Assembly (NCBI GenBank): GCA_038496445.1 | Contig: JALMLS010000612.1 | Span: 434,001 to 498,000, forward strand | Source of the DNA: Trichosphaerium sp. ATCC 40318 | Lineage: Eukaryota; Protista; Tubulinea | Length of the DNA: 64,000 nt | Direction: 5' to 3' | Part shown: positions 12,105-27,100 of the stretch, in pieces | Layout of the letters: each line of letters starts with the position of its first letter | Numbering within the stretch: position 1 is the first letter of the stretch | Made by a program: the position numbers and the translations under genes | The notes under the pieces: model-generated | The model's database searches: none | Told to the model about the DNA's origin: nothing | Seen by the model: only the letters and a program-made list of their open reading frames with translations

Positions 12105-14830
12105 TTACTTTAAACCAGTTGGTTCATCAATGATATCCTCGATTAAAGGAGTATTATCGTTAATGGACTCCCATACTTTTAATCTACCTTCTGCAGCTAC
12201 TTTTTCACATTTAATCAAAGCCTCAATTGCTTTCCGCAAATCTTTTTGAAACTGTTAAAAAAAACATTATAAAACAGAACATACCTGCGTCTCTTTCTTT
12301 CTGTGTTATCTCAATAGATTTCTTACATGCTTCTGTGCGAGTAGTTACATCTTTTGTAGGCGTATAATTACCCTTATTGTAAGTACTAGCATCGCTAAAA
12401 TCGTATGTAACAATAGCCGCATCGCCCTTCAAAAAAAAAGTGAGAAAAAAAAAATGTCAAAAAAAAAGACTCGATTCTTCGTACTTGTTCTGTATCAAAT
12501 ATCAATTCATCTCTAGCAGCAAGCATCTCTTCTACGGATCTTACATTTCTAATCCAATATTCTATTATTGAATTGAACTGAAGACTGAAATGTGTTCCAG
12601 AATTGTCGTATGCCCTGCGCTTGTTTGAGACGAAAAAGAACATGCAGAAAAGAAAAGAAAAAAAAGGTGATCATGGCCTATGCCTACGTACCGTGACAGT
12701 ACGTCAATATGCTCACGGACACTATTTATTGTCTTTAGATAATCGTCAGGATCACTAAGGAAAAGCCTTGCTTGATGATCTTGCTCTGTACGCCCAAAGT
12801 CTCCCATTACAGATTTCAAGCTCATAATCAAAACAGATAGCTCTACAGTAATCGCTTTAGTGTTTTATGTCACATCCCTTTAAAATAAAACTTCGTTGTT
12901 GTTATGTACGTACCCATATACCCTACAGCAATATCGCGTCCATGATAGAATATTTTTGAATGTGTCTTCTGAGTGTGATGTTGATTTTTTCTGTATTCTG
13001 TTGTCCATTCTTCTTTTTCTTTTACATACACTGTTTTTGACGATAATCTCTTCATTTTATCCATAAATGACCCTGTTCTCTTTAATGGTTTTTGTTCCTC
13101 TGATTCATCAGATAACGGTTGTGTAGGAGGTGGTTGGGAAGCAGCTTTTTTAATACTTTCCAGATCAAACTCCTAAGTATACAAAATGTTAGTTTTTTCT
13201 TTTATCATTATCTGATATTATAGTTATGACATACGTCTAACTCTACAAACATTTTAAGTATATTATCTTGACAAATAATTTCATGTGAGAAACACTTGTT
13301 CAAGAAAATCTCAAGTCCTTCTTTTCGGTACCTAAACAAATTGTTATGAAATTTTTTTCAAATCAAATTCATCTTTTGACTCTTTTCTGACGTACTCCAA
13401 GAAGTTCGGCTCAAACCTCGATGTGAAATAATTGAATGATTTTTGTGGTATATTTGGTACTACTATATCAACGTATCTACAAAACTGTGAGAAGATGCCA
13501 CGTGTAGTTTAAAATATTCCTTCGTACGTTTTTATTAAATGTGCTCTTAAACTTTTAAATTGATTGTAACGTCTCACAACATGAATCGGACAACTTTTGA
13601 CACCTGTTTTAGGCTCTACAGTGAATCGTATATATGGTTTGATGCCACCAACTCTCTCTGCACCAATTACACAAACAGGTAATTGCAACTTTTTTTCAAA
13701 GAGAAAGTGTTAGTTTCAAAAAGAAAGTATATTGTTACGCTACCTTTTTAATTTCCCATCTATCTTGAGCAGAAGGTATATCCAATTCCGCACAATCAGT
13801 ATCAAGCCATACTTTACTATCGGGTGTAGGCAACGGTTCATACTTCATTGGACTATCTGCAAAAAAATCAACAAAAACTAACCAAACCCTTTCCATTCTC
13901 ATAAATTTACTGCACGTGATCTATTTCTAAAGTTGTTGCGCTGTGTTTTTGATAGACAAATGAATGGGCTAAAATAAATAAACAACGAAATTAGCACGTA
14001 CCTTTGACTACAGGCTTTACAAAATCACTTGCAGGCGTATCAACATTTTCACGTTCATTCTCTTCAATTGCCTTTATAACTTCAGGAGCGGTTGAAACAA
14101 CATTCTCTTCTTCATTGACTGTCTGTGTAGGTGGTTCTATAGACTGAGGTTCCTCAAAATCATGTCCGTCAGCCGAGATTGTCGACTTTTCTGGGTCGTT
14201 GTCATTTTCTTCTTCTTGCTCTTCTTGTTCTTCCTCATTTTCTTTGGGAGGTTCCTCCTCAACAATGTCTGAATAAAGCTGTCCATTTGGATCTATAAGG
14301 ATACCGTCCAAAGACACCAATTGGTTTGGTCTACCTGGTGTCACGGGATCAATATAGTTTGTATTTAAAGTGTCTACGTACTTTCCCAAAGCTTTTTAAC
14401 GTCTTCGCGGTAGTTTTGCGTTTGGGTGATTGGATTGCCTGTTAACACAAGGTGTACAAGTTTTGGCGCGGCGAGGAGCCCTTTTGACGCATGTAAGTGG
14501 GTTTGTAAAGTTTTCGTTGGAATTGTTCTTGTGATACCTTTTAGCTGTCTAACGAATTTGAGGTTATTATTTGATAGGTCTATACACTCCAAACCCTAAA
14601 TGATGACATGTTGACACTAAAACAGCGAATAGTTTAAAATACGCACTTTGAACTTGGCAAATGATGCTATTTCATCTATATTTTTGTTTGTAATGAAAAG
14701 TTTACGAGCCTGTAAAACTGTTACGCCAAAAATTAGGAAAGAGGGAGCAAACCTTCGTAATATCAACTGATCGCACTTGTGTAGTGTTTGTTAGTTTTGA
14801 TCTACAGTTTTCGAACGTCAACTTTACCAT
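12105..14830 (-). CDS. LRR (SDS22-like) + acidic linker + PX-domain protein
   Basis: IDLSNNNLK..LVLTGNPI..NYR (LRR cap); PX motif VVRRYNQFKSLRAHL..VPNIPQK..YRKEGLEIFL at ~13290-13680. Confidence 0.75.
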
Positions 14831-14959
14831 CGTGCGTCTATGGCCCTAGAAGAGGCGCGAAGCTACTATGGTACCACTATACCCTATCCAAAAACTTTTT
14901 AGCTTAGCACAGCTCAGACTTAACATAATTTCATTTATTGCTCATCCAAAACAACCGCT

Positions 14960-15238
14960 ATGAACACAAAAGTACTCCTCTGTCTATTTGCCTTGGCCTT
15001 CGTCGCCGCTGTCGCTACTGCTGAGAATGCAGATGCACAACCAGAAGCTGAACCAGCCTCACCTCAAACAACAGAAACAAAAGAAGTAAAGAAAGAAGAA
15101 GGTGGTTTTATCGACTGGAAAAACCTTGCGGAACAATGCAGAAACTTACACAAAAACTCTTACGACCAAGTTAAACCAGCACTCGAGTACGCATGCAAGT
15201 GGTTGGAAGGAGAATCAAGCGCAAAAAAAGAGTTGTAA
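14960..15238 (+). CDS. Small secreted protein
   Basis: 92-aa ORF with signal peptide MNTKVLLCLFALAFVAAVATA. Confidence 0.7.
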   Translation: MNTKVLLCLFALAFVAAVATAENADAQPEAEPASPQTTETKEVKKEEGGFIDWKNLAEQCRNLHKNSYDQVKPALEYACKWLEGESSAKKEL

Positions 15239-15618
15239 AAAATCGGTGACGTGGTACGTTTTCTTTGCTCCACCTTAGTCAACGCAAAGTAGTGACGTAT
15301 GATTTACGTACTAACACACTTCGTAGTGTGGCATTGACGTGCTCAGAAAAAAAAACGCGCCAGTAAACAAAAGACTGTAATAATATGTAGTGCAATACAG
15401 AAATTCGGCAAACAACATAGCTGTACCCTTTATTTATTTTTGTCTTTTTTTTCAAAAAATGAGTGTTGTCATTGTCGTTGTGACCTTAGTAGCGAGGAAA
15501 TCATCGTACCAGTGAGTTTCTTAATACAAGTAAAGTTTAGAAAAAAGAAAGTGAAAACTTGAGTTGACAGAATACAGGTTTTATTTCACAGTTGGCGATT
15601 TTAGCCAAGTATAATTAT

Positions 15619-16762
<1,144 letters not shown>

Positions 16763-17189
16763 TTATGATTTTTTGAACTTTCGTTTCAAGTATTCATTTC
16801 ACCGAAAACTTCGCGAACAAATTGCTGGAAATCCGTTCGTTTAACCCTATTTCCGATCAGATTCGAAGACTACTACCTGCGTGAATAGTTGTTCAACACA
16901 AATGCTGTACTTGTCAAGGCTCCGCTGTAAACTCCCAAAATGATGTGAACATACGTGCTTCTCATTCGATTGTACGCGTTGTGCTGCTCTATTCAAGCCA
17001 GCGCACTGTTTTATTTACTTTCAATTTGCGTTTTACTCCTGCAAAAGTAGAGTGGCCACGCGCACTTCAAGTTTGAAGCCTGCACTGAGTTCTTAGTTCT
17101 GCGCTCAGTGTAATTATTTTTGGTTTATCACGCTTGTTCTACCATGCTTGTTCTTCTTGGGCGAATTCATTGCCGACGTCAGTGATGAT

Positions 17190-18703
17190 TTATTTCTTCT
17201 TTTTGTAATTCATCACCTTGTACCTTTGTTATGAGCTAACCACGATTCGCACAGATGCACAAGGTTTCTTTTTAAATGTAAGCACGTTTTACGTCTCTCA
17301 AAGTAATTTGTTGGTGCCTTTGCTTGTGCTTCTTGTTTAGGCGTTCAAAACGATGCCATTCCCAGTTAAAGTCTGGTTCTAACTCCTCTAGAACGTGAGG
17401 CCAATATTTCATAAGACCTTCACCACCCATATTTTCAGTAACCTCAGTAAATGATATGCGATACCTAGTTGGCATGTAAGGCTACAAACATGAATGAAGT
17501 ACTGGAGGCCAGGAACTACAAAAACAGAAGTATGAGGTACCAGTCATCAGGTGCCATAATGCTATGTTGTTTTTTGACACTTTGTAGAAAAGCTATGCGA
17601 TTATCTTTTATTCTCCAGTATCCTCTAGGTGCGTGCCTGATGCGTAAATATGCTATAATGCAATTTTTTGGACGTACTTGAATCTGTGTAAAGACCAACT
17701 ATAGTTCGGGTAAGCACCTGAAAGACATGCGGCGAGAGAGTTTCCATACACTTTTCTAACCAAAAAGTGTCAATGATATGATTTCTCATAGAGTTGTACA
17801 GAATACTATCGCCTCCAAGTGTGATGATATCTCTATTCGTAACACTATACCAACCCGATAGATCTTTAATATTGTGTTCCTGTGCGACGTCATTCAACAT
17901 GCGACGCTGATTGTCAATACTTGACCAATAATTCATGGGAGCACAGCTAATAAAGCACTATTTTAGTATTTGTCTCTTCAAGTTTATGCACGTGATAACT
18001 ATGTGCTGCTACTCAAAACGCTGGAAAGCGTACGTGAACTTTCTTCCGTCCCATTCGTATGTAGAATAGATTGCTTGTAAGCAAGCAATAAGTGAATTAT
18101 TGTAATAGTCACCGAAATAGGAATTAGAAGTGGATGGTTTTAAAAGTTAACGTACAGTATTGTTCTTGCCCCGTTTACAAGTATATCTTCTTGACGTACG
18201 CTATACCAATCTTCCATGCATTTGAGGTGGAGGTTAGATGCAATAGTGTCCATCATAAGGCGTTGATGTGTAATATTATTCCAGAAGTTTTGAGGAGCTT
18301 TTCTGAAGTCGCTGAGCGTCTATTACCCTACTTACAGTGCGTACGTAAAAAGCCAAGGCTTCCATGTATATCTTGAATAGATTGAAGCCAAACACGTCGC
18401 CATATCGCGCCCATGCCTTTTTCTACGCCAAGTAAGTTGTGTATGCTGTTTTAACGTTTATGTAAATGGGTAAACTTTAAAACGGCCTCAAATAATGCCT
18501 GTGTTAGAGCTATACTTTATGGGCTGTCTAACTACCGCGTCGAATTGAATGTACGATATCTTGTACCAATCGTCCATGCATTTAACATCCAACCGCTTAG
18601 AAGCTTTTGAAACCGAGAGTTCGTCAGCCAATCTAAACAAACGTCACAATTTGACACAAGCCATAATCACGGTTTACAAATCTGTAGTAGCTCGTAATCT
18701 CAT
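17190..18703 (-). CDS. Trp-rich tandem-repeat protein, repeat-only (paralog C); both ends approximate
   Basis: VKCMDDWY; PMNYWSSIDNQRRMLNDVAQEHNIKDLSGWYSV..LGGDSIL; APRGYWRIKDNR; MGGEGLMKYWPHVLEELEPDFNWEWHRF; no nuclease motif seen. Confidence 0.7.
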
Positions 18704-18845
18704 CTGGCGGCAATGGGAATTATCTTACTGTACTAGTTGCTGCAACAGGGTACATAGAATTACTGGCTTAGCAGCACTCGTTAAGTGCAAGCTTCATCAT
18801 GCTTTTTATTTACAGGTAAAGTACAGAGGCTCGCTTTGGTTTCAT

Positions 18846-19866
18846 CTAAGCGGTTGATCCAACTAGTGGTTTGAATGCCTGTTTCGCGGACAGTATGAGC
18901 AATCTATAGACGCTTAGAGAGTAGGATCAAAAGAAAACTGTTACCTTTGGGCTGATTTCTTTTTCCTGTATTTGAACTTTTTCCAATCCCACTTAAAATG
19001 TTTGTACAGACTTTGAAGTGCCAATGGGAAGTAAGGAGTAATACCAGAGCCACCCAATAGATATAATTGATCGATAGAAACGTTATACCACGATGAAGGA
19101 TCGTTTATAGTAAGGGTATTTTCGACTGTCTTGAAGAATGTAACGATATTTGATTCTGTTTGCCAAAATCCACTTGGCTTAAAATTTTTTCGTCTAAAAG
19201 ATTGTAAGTGGGTATGATCATAAGGCACAAACTAACGTAAAAACAAAGGCCTCGCTTTCCCATTCAAATTCTGGATATATTGCTCGAAGTGCAGCATCTA
19301 GACTTCGATACCTATGGAGTTGTTTAATAAATGTTGAGATGGTACAAAATGCTTGCTTGGAAGATAGGATACTAGCGCCACCCATCCGCCGTGTATGTTT
19401 ATTTGACACATTGTACCAATCTGACAAGCTCTTTATATTCATTTCCTCTGCTAATTCATCAAATCTTTCCCTCTGGTTTGTAACAGTATGCCAAGAACCA
19501 TGAGGTGCACACCTTTAACAAAAAAAATTAAATCATGTGAGAAGTGTCAAAACGTACGGAAACCTCCAGAAGTGCCATTCGTGAGTGCAAAACGTTTCTT
19601 TTAACAAGCGAAACGTTGACGTACAACTAAAACAATAAGCTAACGGCGAGAATAGGTTTTCTTTTTTTCGAAAGCGCTTATGAGCGTTTATTTGGTCTCC
19701 TTGCGTAGTACCTTCGCTTAAAGTGCCTTCCTCCGGCTTTTATTACGTCGGTATGTGGTACTTTGTACCAATCATCTAGTACTTTAACGCCAAGGGTTTG
19801 CCCGATAATATTAAGCTCGAATACAGTATTTGGCAATACGGTTGCAGAAAAGGAGCGTGTAATCAT
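18846..19866 (-). CDS. Trp-rich tandem-repeat protein ending just before the nuclease domain (paralog D)
   Basis: MITRSFSATVL..GVKVLDDWY..GG; IKSLSDWYNV..GGASIL..AIYPEFEW; PSGFW..SSWYNV..GGSGI..WDWKKFKYRKKKSAQRLL..STA*. Confidence 0.75.
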
Positions 19867-20774
19867 TTTAATATCTTCACCAACGCATAGAATAAGTAAT
19901 GTAGTTATTTATGTTGGTAACTACACTCTCCCAACGGAAAAAACCCACAGGATTAATAAGTGAGAGCTGAAAAACCGCTTAAGTTTTGATAGCTGTTTGA
20001 TTGATTTCGTGTAGAAATGCTGATACTTTCTTCGCGAAAAGGTTTTCTCTAGGTTATAGTCTGTTAAAGCAGTGTAGTGTAAAGTACGCAAGTCCAATTT
20101 TTGATTGATTTTTTGAACGAAAGCGAATTGGTTTTTGTTGCAACAACGATTGGTAGCCACTCAAGATTGGTACGTGTTCTTTTGGTATTTACCACAATTT
20201 TTATTTTTTGAATTGTGAATGCTTCAAATATGTTTCCCTCGAGTTATCTTTCAAGAGCAGCTTTGTCAACTGCTTGGAAAATAAAACTCGGATTTGACAA
20301 TCGCGAGTATAAATAATCAAAAACAAAACAAAAAATCTCAGCAGTAGCTGGCTGAGTTGGACGCCTGTATGATTTCCCGTCCCTAAAAGGTTACAGCAAA
20401 ACAAAAACATAAAAATAAGTGCAAAGTAAAATTGTTAGCAGCTATCGATGAGCTAAAAAGTTCAAGTGAAAACAATTGCACAAAAAAAAAAATTCAATTC
20501 TAACTACTTTTTTTCTCGTATTGATATTATCATGTCACATGCTTACTATTTTTGGTAATATTTCTAAATTTACGTATCAAAAAACCTCCTTATAAATACT
20601 ACTAGTACTGGTGAAGCGTGTAATGTTATCTTTCACTTTTTTGGCTAGTACTTCTAAAATGGGTGTTCTCACCAATATACTACTGTTATGTACTATAGTA
20701 CCAGATGATTTTATTTACAATGATTCTCAGTATGGGTAATGTACAGATGCTACAACTTTTCGATTGTTTTGTTT

Positions 20775-21376
20775 TTAGTTAGTTATTTTTTCAGTGACTT
20801 TCTTCGATGCCCATTCCTTGTCCAAGTACTTTCTTTGAAAGAAGGAAAATTCTCTTCTATCTACACCCTTATCTCTAAGATTTGCTTCATAATAGGCATT
20901 AACATCAAGATTGCATGACGTCTCCATTCTACATAAGTGCTCTTCAACCCAACTTCCTTTAGTTGCACATTTTATAACTGAAACATGTACACCTAGGCAT
21001 CTATGCATACCAGCACATTGAACACATATAAGCGTTTTAAGAGATACAGAGGCCCATGTAGGATCTACAAGGACGTTAGAGCTAAATCAACTAAAAAGGT
21101 GAAAAAGTTCAAATAACGGATTATATCTACAAAAAAGTTTTTCGCCTACTTCATCTCGAATGAGACCTGTGTTGTGCCCGTTTATGATTTTTTGGTCACA
21201 ACAAAGTGCACTTACTCAAAACTGCGCTAAGTGTTGATGAAGGAGCAAGCTTTGACAAATAGCGTTTGCGTAGTTTATTGTATTGTTTACGTACTGGCTT
21301 TTTTGCAATCAGCACATTTGTCGTTTCCTGGAAGCTCCAATAACTTGGTTACGCGTTCCTTAATATCTACACTCAT
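20775..21376 (-). CDS. Small ArfGAP-domain protein
   Basis: PGNDKCADC..PTWASV..ICVQCAGMHRCLGVHVS (C4 zinc finger with catalytic Arg). Confidence 0.9.
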
Positions 21377-21483
21377 TTATTCAGACAGTTACGTTTAAAA
21401 GTGTGCTACACATATGTTGAAATACAAAGACTTTACTATACACAACTTTCTACTTATGGTGTTAAATCTCTTACAAGATATAT

Positions 21484-23626
21484 TCACATAACGGGTCTTT
21501 CTACATTTGCCCACATGACCGATGACCTGTTTCTGCGATTTATATCTAACGATGCGTCCATTGAGTCTTCTGAGTGATGTATCGCTTTGATCAATCCAGG
21601 TAATTGTTTTGATACAAGGGTTGCAATGTTGTGGTAACTAAGGTCCATCCAATATGGTACAACAATCAAATGAATGCCTTTTAGTAGAAATATTAGCGAC
21701 AGATGACACTTTTTAGACTAACCATTTTCTTGGCATAGCGTAGCCTTTTCTACATCTCTACTTGATGCAACTGAAGCTGGAAGTGCTGTTGCTGGTATGT
21801 CATAGTAATGTTGTTCACCTGAGGTTACAAGGTTAAGTACGAAGGCAAACACATAGTTGTTCTTACCTTGATATTCGAATGCAAGGTTAAATGCTGGAAC
21901 AAAAATGTCGAGATTGACAAGTCCTCCAGTCAAGTCACCAGTGCCAATAAATTGCTCTTCTTGTACAACAGTATTAGGAAATAACGCCTCAACACATTCA
22001 AGTAAAATCCTGGAGACGAAAACAAAAAATAAGTAAAATACGATAAGAATTATGTCACCTTTGTTTAGCTTTCTTGATGTGATGGGAAAACTCAACCCAC
22101 CTCCATTCATATTTTGGATATATTGTTTTGAGATTATAAGGATAGTACGAGAGCATCCCTTGTCCACCTCTTTCGCGTATTTGGCGAGAAGAGACACGAT
22201 ACCTTAACCAAAAAGTTAGGTCTATTTATCACTTTTGCTTACCATTCAGAAGGATTATTCAGGTGTAGAGACTTTGTCAAACGCTGTAAAAACTTTGTTT
22301 GATTTCTTTTACGTTTCCAGTATCCACTTGGTTTAGTGTCTCTAAAAAATCTGTCAACAAAAAAGACTTATTAAAATAGAAAGAGTTTGTCAAAAACAAC
22401 ATTTAACGGTTATAATAAATGCATATACACCCTCAACGTACACAGTTTTAAATTGGTGGTGTGGGTATAATTCCTTTAACGCAGTTATAACACTTCCATT
22501 GTACCTAAAGGTTATTTTTTAAATGATTTTGTCTTGTTGTTTTTAGTCTCAACGTACTTGCTAAGTGTGCTCTTTCCTCCATGTTGTATGTACAAACTTG
22601 CTGGTATCGTTACCATATCATCTAGCAACTTAATATTCATTATAGATCCAACTTCATCAAACACTTGACGCTGGTGCGACACATCATCCCAAAAACCCCA
22701 TCTTTAGATAATTTTAGTATGTTTTCAAACGTTTTTTTCCAACAGTCACGTGTACGTTTTATAGAAATTGTTCCATGGATGGCTGGGATACAATTCTTTG
22801 AGCATTTTGGAAACTGAACCTTGGTACCTGATAATAAACGTCAGTAGAGTATAATCTCTCAAAATCATACTTTTGACTGAAATTGGATCCGAATAGCCCC
22901 AAGACATCTTCACTGTGTATCCTGCTCCAATCGTCCATTATTTTAATACCTACTTCCATAGCCACATCATCTAAGATATCTCTTTGGTTTTCAGGGGAAC
23001 CTACAATATCAGCTGAACTACAACAAAGTCAGTACAAACAAAAAACAAATTCAAGATTCACCTGAACTTGTGAGCACGCCACTGTTGTTCAGGGTACACA
23101 ACAGACAGTAGTCTGAACAAGGAGAAGTTATATCTGCAGTTACAATAAAATCAATCTGATTAGTTGGTAGTCATTACCTTTCTGGTGGTACACCGTAGAT
23201 GTTATCACTTACATCTTTGAACGATTTTGTGTACCAGTCATCCATCATTTTGACACGCAATGTCGCTGATAGAGCATTTATAGACGCTTTTAATTGCTTT
23301 AGTTGGGTACTGGCATTTCGTGGATGGCTTGAAGCCGTTGAATGGAGGGATCTATTTCGTGATTAATTGTTAATTAACGGCATGTCGTGTATTAGTTTTT
23401 CTAGGCGTAGGGAAGTATAATAACTGCAGCTCGGCGATTTTACAAATCAAATACTAACAGGCGAATATATACACGTACGTTACTCTAAAACGCCCTGATG
23501 TACGTATACGACATTTTGTACAAGTTTTGGTAACTACTTGCGTTCTAACGCCCTGAACATTACTGTTAGTGATTATGCAGGCCAGCAAAACGTACAGAGT
23601 GTAACATTGTACGATCTGTTAGCCAT
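21484..23626 (-). CDS. Trp-rich tandem-repeat protein with C-terminal PD-(D/E)XK nuclease domain (paralog E); start approximate
   Basis: LHSTASSHPRNAST..VKMMDDWY; IKIMDDWSRI; KPSGYWKRK; NLDIFVPAFNLAFEYQGEQHYY..RDVEKATLCQENGIHLIVVPYW. Confidence 0.8.
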
Positions 23627-23719
23627 TGCGCGTACGTTAAAATAAAATCACAAAGTGATGCTTACAACGCTTTGAGAGTAAAAAGCAACTTAAATACACT
23701 GTTTTTATTTAGACTTGTT

Positions 23720-23980
23720 TTACCATTTATTCGTAATTTTATTCAGTCTTTCTAACATCCATTCTCTTCTCCACTCACGCCTTACAAACTCATTATACCT
23801 CTTTCTTTTTGCAGCCCTTCCAAACTTCCCTCGTGGCTTGTCAAGCTTATAAATCTTTGGTGTTTGTCTTCTCACTTTTCCTGTACGAGATAGCATATAA
23901 ACGAAAGCGCGGTGCGTCCGAGAGAAAGACGTGACAGGTGCTGAAAATTTGACAGTTTTCCATTTGCTTAAAGGGTACAC
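23720..23980 (-). CDS. Divergent ribosomal protein eS30-like protein (5' exon unresolved)
   Basis: LSRTGKVRRQTPKI..KPRGKFGRAAKRKRYNE matches the eS30 pattern LARAGKV..QTPKV..GRA.RR..YN. Confidence 0.55.
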   Translation of the reverse strand: MYPLSKWKTVKFSAPVTSFSRTHRAFVYMLSRTGKVRRQTPKIYKLDKPRGKFGRAAKRKRYNEFVRREWRREWMLERLNKITNKW

Positions 23981-24128
23981 AGAATCATTACGTGAAACTC
24001 AAATGGTCTGGTGTGGATGTCTAGTGCTGGAACCTATGCAAAAAAACCTGTAAAACGAGTGATCTCTGGTATCTTTCTTTTCAGTAGAACTTGTGGGCCT
24101 TATACATTTACATTTATTCTTTGTGGCA

Positions 24129-27100
24129 TTACAACTTGAATTCTATCACTTCGGCACCCATTTCATTGTATTCAGATGCGCTAACACAAAAGTCCATGAA
24201 ATTTGGTTTAGATGCAAACTTGCTTCCACCCATCCATGCCAAGTATTCTCTACTCCCGTGAGCACGTACTGATACTGTTTCTGAAGGAAATACAGCCTTC
24301 ATTTCTGATTCCAAACGAGCAGCAAAACCTACAAAACGGGTTAAAAACCACGTGTTTTCGTTCATAAAAGGTTGCTTGCCACTTAATCTTGTTGTTCCGC
24401 CTGCCAATACAATATTGGCTAAAAGTTGCTTTCTTACATCTTTATCTGATTGTGAAATACTCTTTCTTAACATATGTTGAATAGCAGTAAACTCTCCTTC
24501 CATACCTGCAAACAGGTGTTAGCAATTCAAAAACCAAAACAAACTAAATCAAAAGAAAAAGGTAAAAAACTCTTACCAATGATTGACGGATCAAAGAGTA
24601 TCTCAGGTGCCTGGATGGCCTCTTTCGCAATCATAACTTTTTGTCCATCAGGCATATCAAAAGGTAGTTTTATTGGGTCAGTCTTCATCTCCTTAAAACC
24701 ACAAGATAAGAAAATGACGAAACTAGTACACAAACAAAAAAGAACAAACCTTTTCGTATTCTAAAGCAACACGACAGTAAGTTTCTTTTATATCTCTAAC
24801 AATCCGCATCTCTGAACTAGTTGTAAATTCTAAATTAAACCGAATCAGCAACCTGTTAAAAACAAGCAAAGAGTGACTTGTAAAGCAAAAAAGAAAAAGT
24901 ATCTCAAGTAACTTCGTAACAGCAAACACCAACGTACTGCTTCCAGCGGTGCCTAGTAGCTTAGCCAAGTACATGTCAATATCATGACCTCCCAAATTCA
25001 AACGATAACAAGCTTGTGGTAAATAATAACTATCATAGATAGGAATCGCATGAGAACATCCATCACCAATGTCTACAAAACAAATTAGAGTCAGCAGACT
25101 TAAGGATGGAGAATATCTTTACCTAATACAACACCAGTAGTACTACCAAATGCTGTCAAAGCAAGTACACCTTGTGTCGCTATATACAAACCAGGCACAT
25201 TGTACTTTTCAAAAAAGATTTCAGCCATTTTTTTCCTATTTTCTATCCGGTTTAATGGTGGATCTGTAACCAACAACTACAACACCAACAGTCAATAGCG
25301 ATCAATAAGAATTCATTCAAAAGAAAATAAAGCAAACAACGTACAGGATAATCTGTGGGCTTTAACAGAAGCTCTGTTTTATATGTGTAGTCAATCAAAC
25401 GCTCATAATCATCCCAATCCTTTACAAATCCTCTTTGAATTGGTCTGCTAAGTTCAAGAATACCACGTCTCTCTTGTGCTTCCTGTTTAATCATTAACAT
25501 CACTAACACTAGTAGAAAATCCGTAGATACTTACGTTGCCAACATAGAACGCTCTCATGTCTTCAGTGCTCATAACACGCTCAACAAGGGGTGTTCCAAT
25601 AATTGTTGGGAAAGAAACAGTAGGTAATGTATCACCTGCTAACCCAGCTTTTGTTGTTCCTGATCCAAAATCTATGACAACTGCATTGTGTTTAACAGGT
25701 TTTCCTTCATCTTGTACAATATTCGTAGGTTCTTCTGGCGAAGGTAAAACAGGTTGAACATCTTGCTCTTGTGGTTTATCATCCCAATTATTCACACCAC
25801 GTGTGGAATGTGCCCATATCTCTTCCATCATATCTAACTCATCTATACCTGTATCACCTCCTTCCACTAATACGCTGGTGTTATTTTTATATAACTAAAA
25901 CAGTTTCTAAAGGTACCAGTAGGTGTAACAGGCGCCGGCATGTGAGAATTAAATTCGAGTCCAGGATTCGAAAATTGAGGCTTAAATGTAGAGATAGCGC
26001 TACCTATAACTTGCAGTACGCGCCCTGTCCAATTTCCCTCTCGTTGAAGAACGCCTTCAACATGAACTAAGCTTCCATCTACAGAGGACCAAGTAAGTTT
26101 ACATCAATGAACTCAAGAAAAGTCTTACCTTTTGCGTTGTTTAAGAAATGATTGTTGATAACAATCTTTTTTGATAGGTCACGTGGGTGAGGTACAAATG
26201 CGTTGCCAAATCTATCTACGGTTATCCTTGTCTTCGTTTCAACACGACCTCTATAAACCAAGAAATAAGAACCAAGTGACTTAAAAATTAATAAAAGCCT
26301 CGAACCTTTCTACAACTGATAAAACTTTCCCAATATGAAGACCCAAGTTTTTCTTTACAACAGCTACTGAAACCATATCATAATTTTCTGCGCCATTAAG
26401 CTCTTCGAAAGGGATAAATACAGTTTGATGCGTTCTACAGGGAAGAATTAATCAAAGAAGTAGTTTTAGAATTCAAAGTGTACATTGGATGCTCTAGGAA
26501 TCCTTTGCCGTCAGACTCCACAGTTAGTAGCCCAGTAATCTCTTCGGCTTTGAAAGCTGGTTTCTTTGGCACGACTTGAACTATTCTTCCGGACATTTTA
26601 CCATCCGCTCGATTATGTAATGCCACAACAACAATATCACCTAAAGACACAAACTATGAACTTTCATAAAAAAACAAAAAAGGGTGCTAGCATACCTGCT
26701 TTAGCTCCATTCAAGTCATTTGGAGAAATATATACTGCTTTTTTGATTTTATTGGTGTCATCAATAACCCAAAAGTTGCCTTGCTTATCTTGTGCCAAGC
26801 GCCCCTTCATCAAATCAGGAAAACAACTAAACAAAAATCTTCACTTTGACGTACTTGCATTGTCTTCTCTGGGGGCTTATTCCTCTCAGAAGCTGTATTA
26901 TAAGATGTATCAATAATACCCACAACCTTTAAAAAATGATCAGAATAGGAAAGCCAATATAAAACTGCTTTCAACAACTTACTTTACCAGAACGTTTACC
27001 ATCTGTACGATTATGTAATTCTACATTAACACGGTCACCGTCTTCTGCAAGACTACGATCACGAGGCGCAATGTATATTGGTGCGCTACGACTATTCTTC

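Noticed and set aside
19921-20410. Short minus-strand ORFs
   Set aside because: No recognisable motifs; likely AT-rich intergenic DNA.
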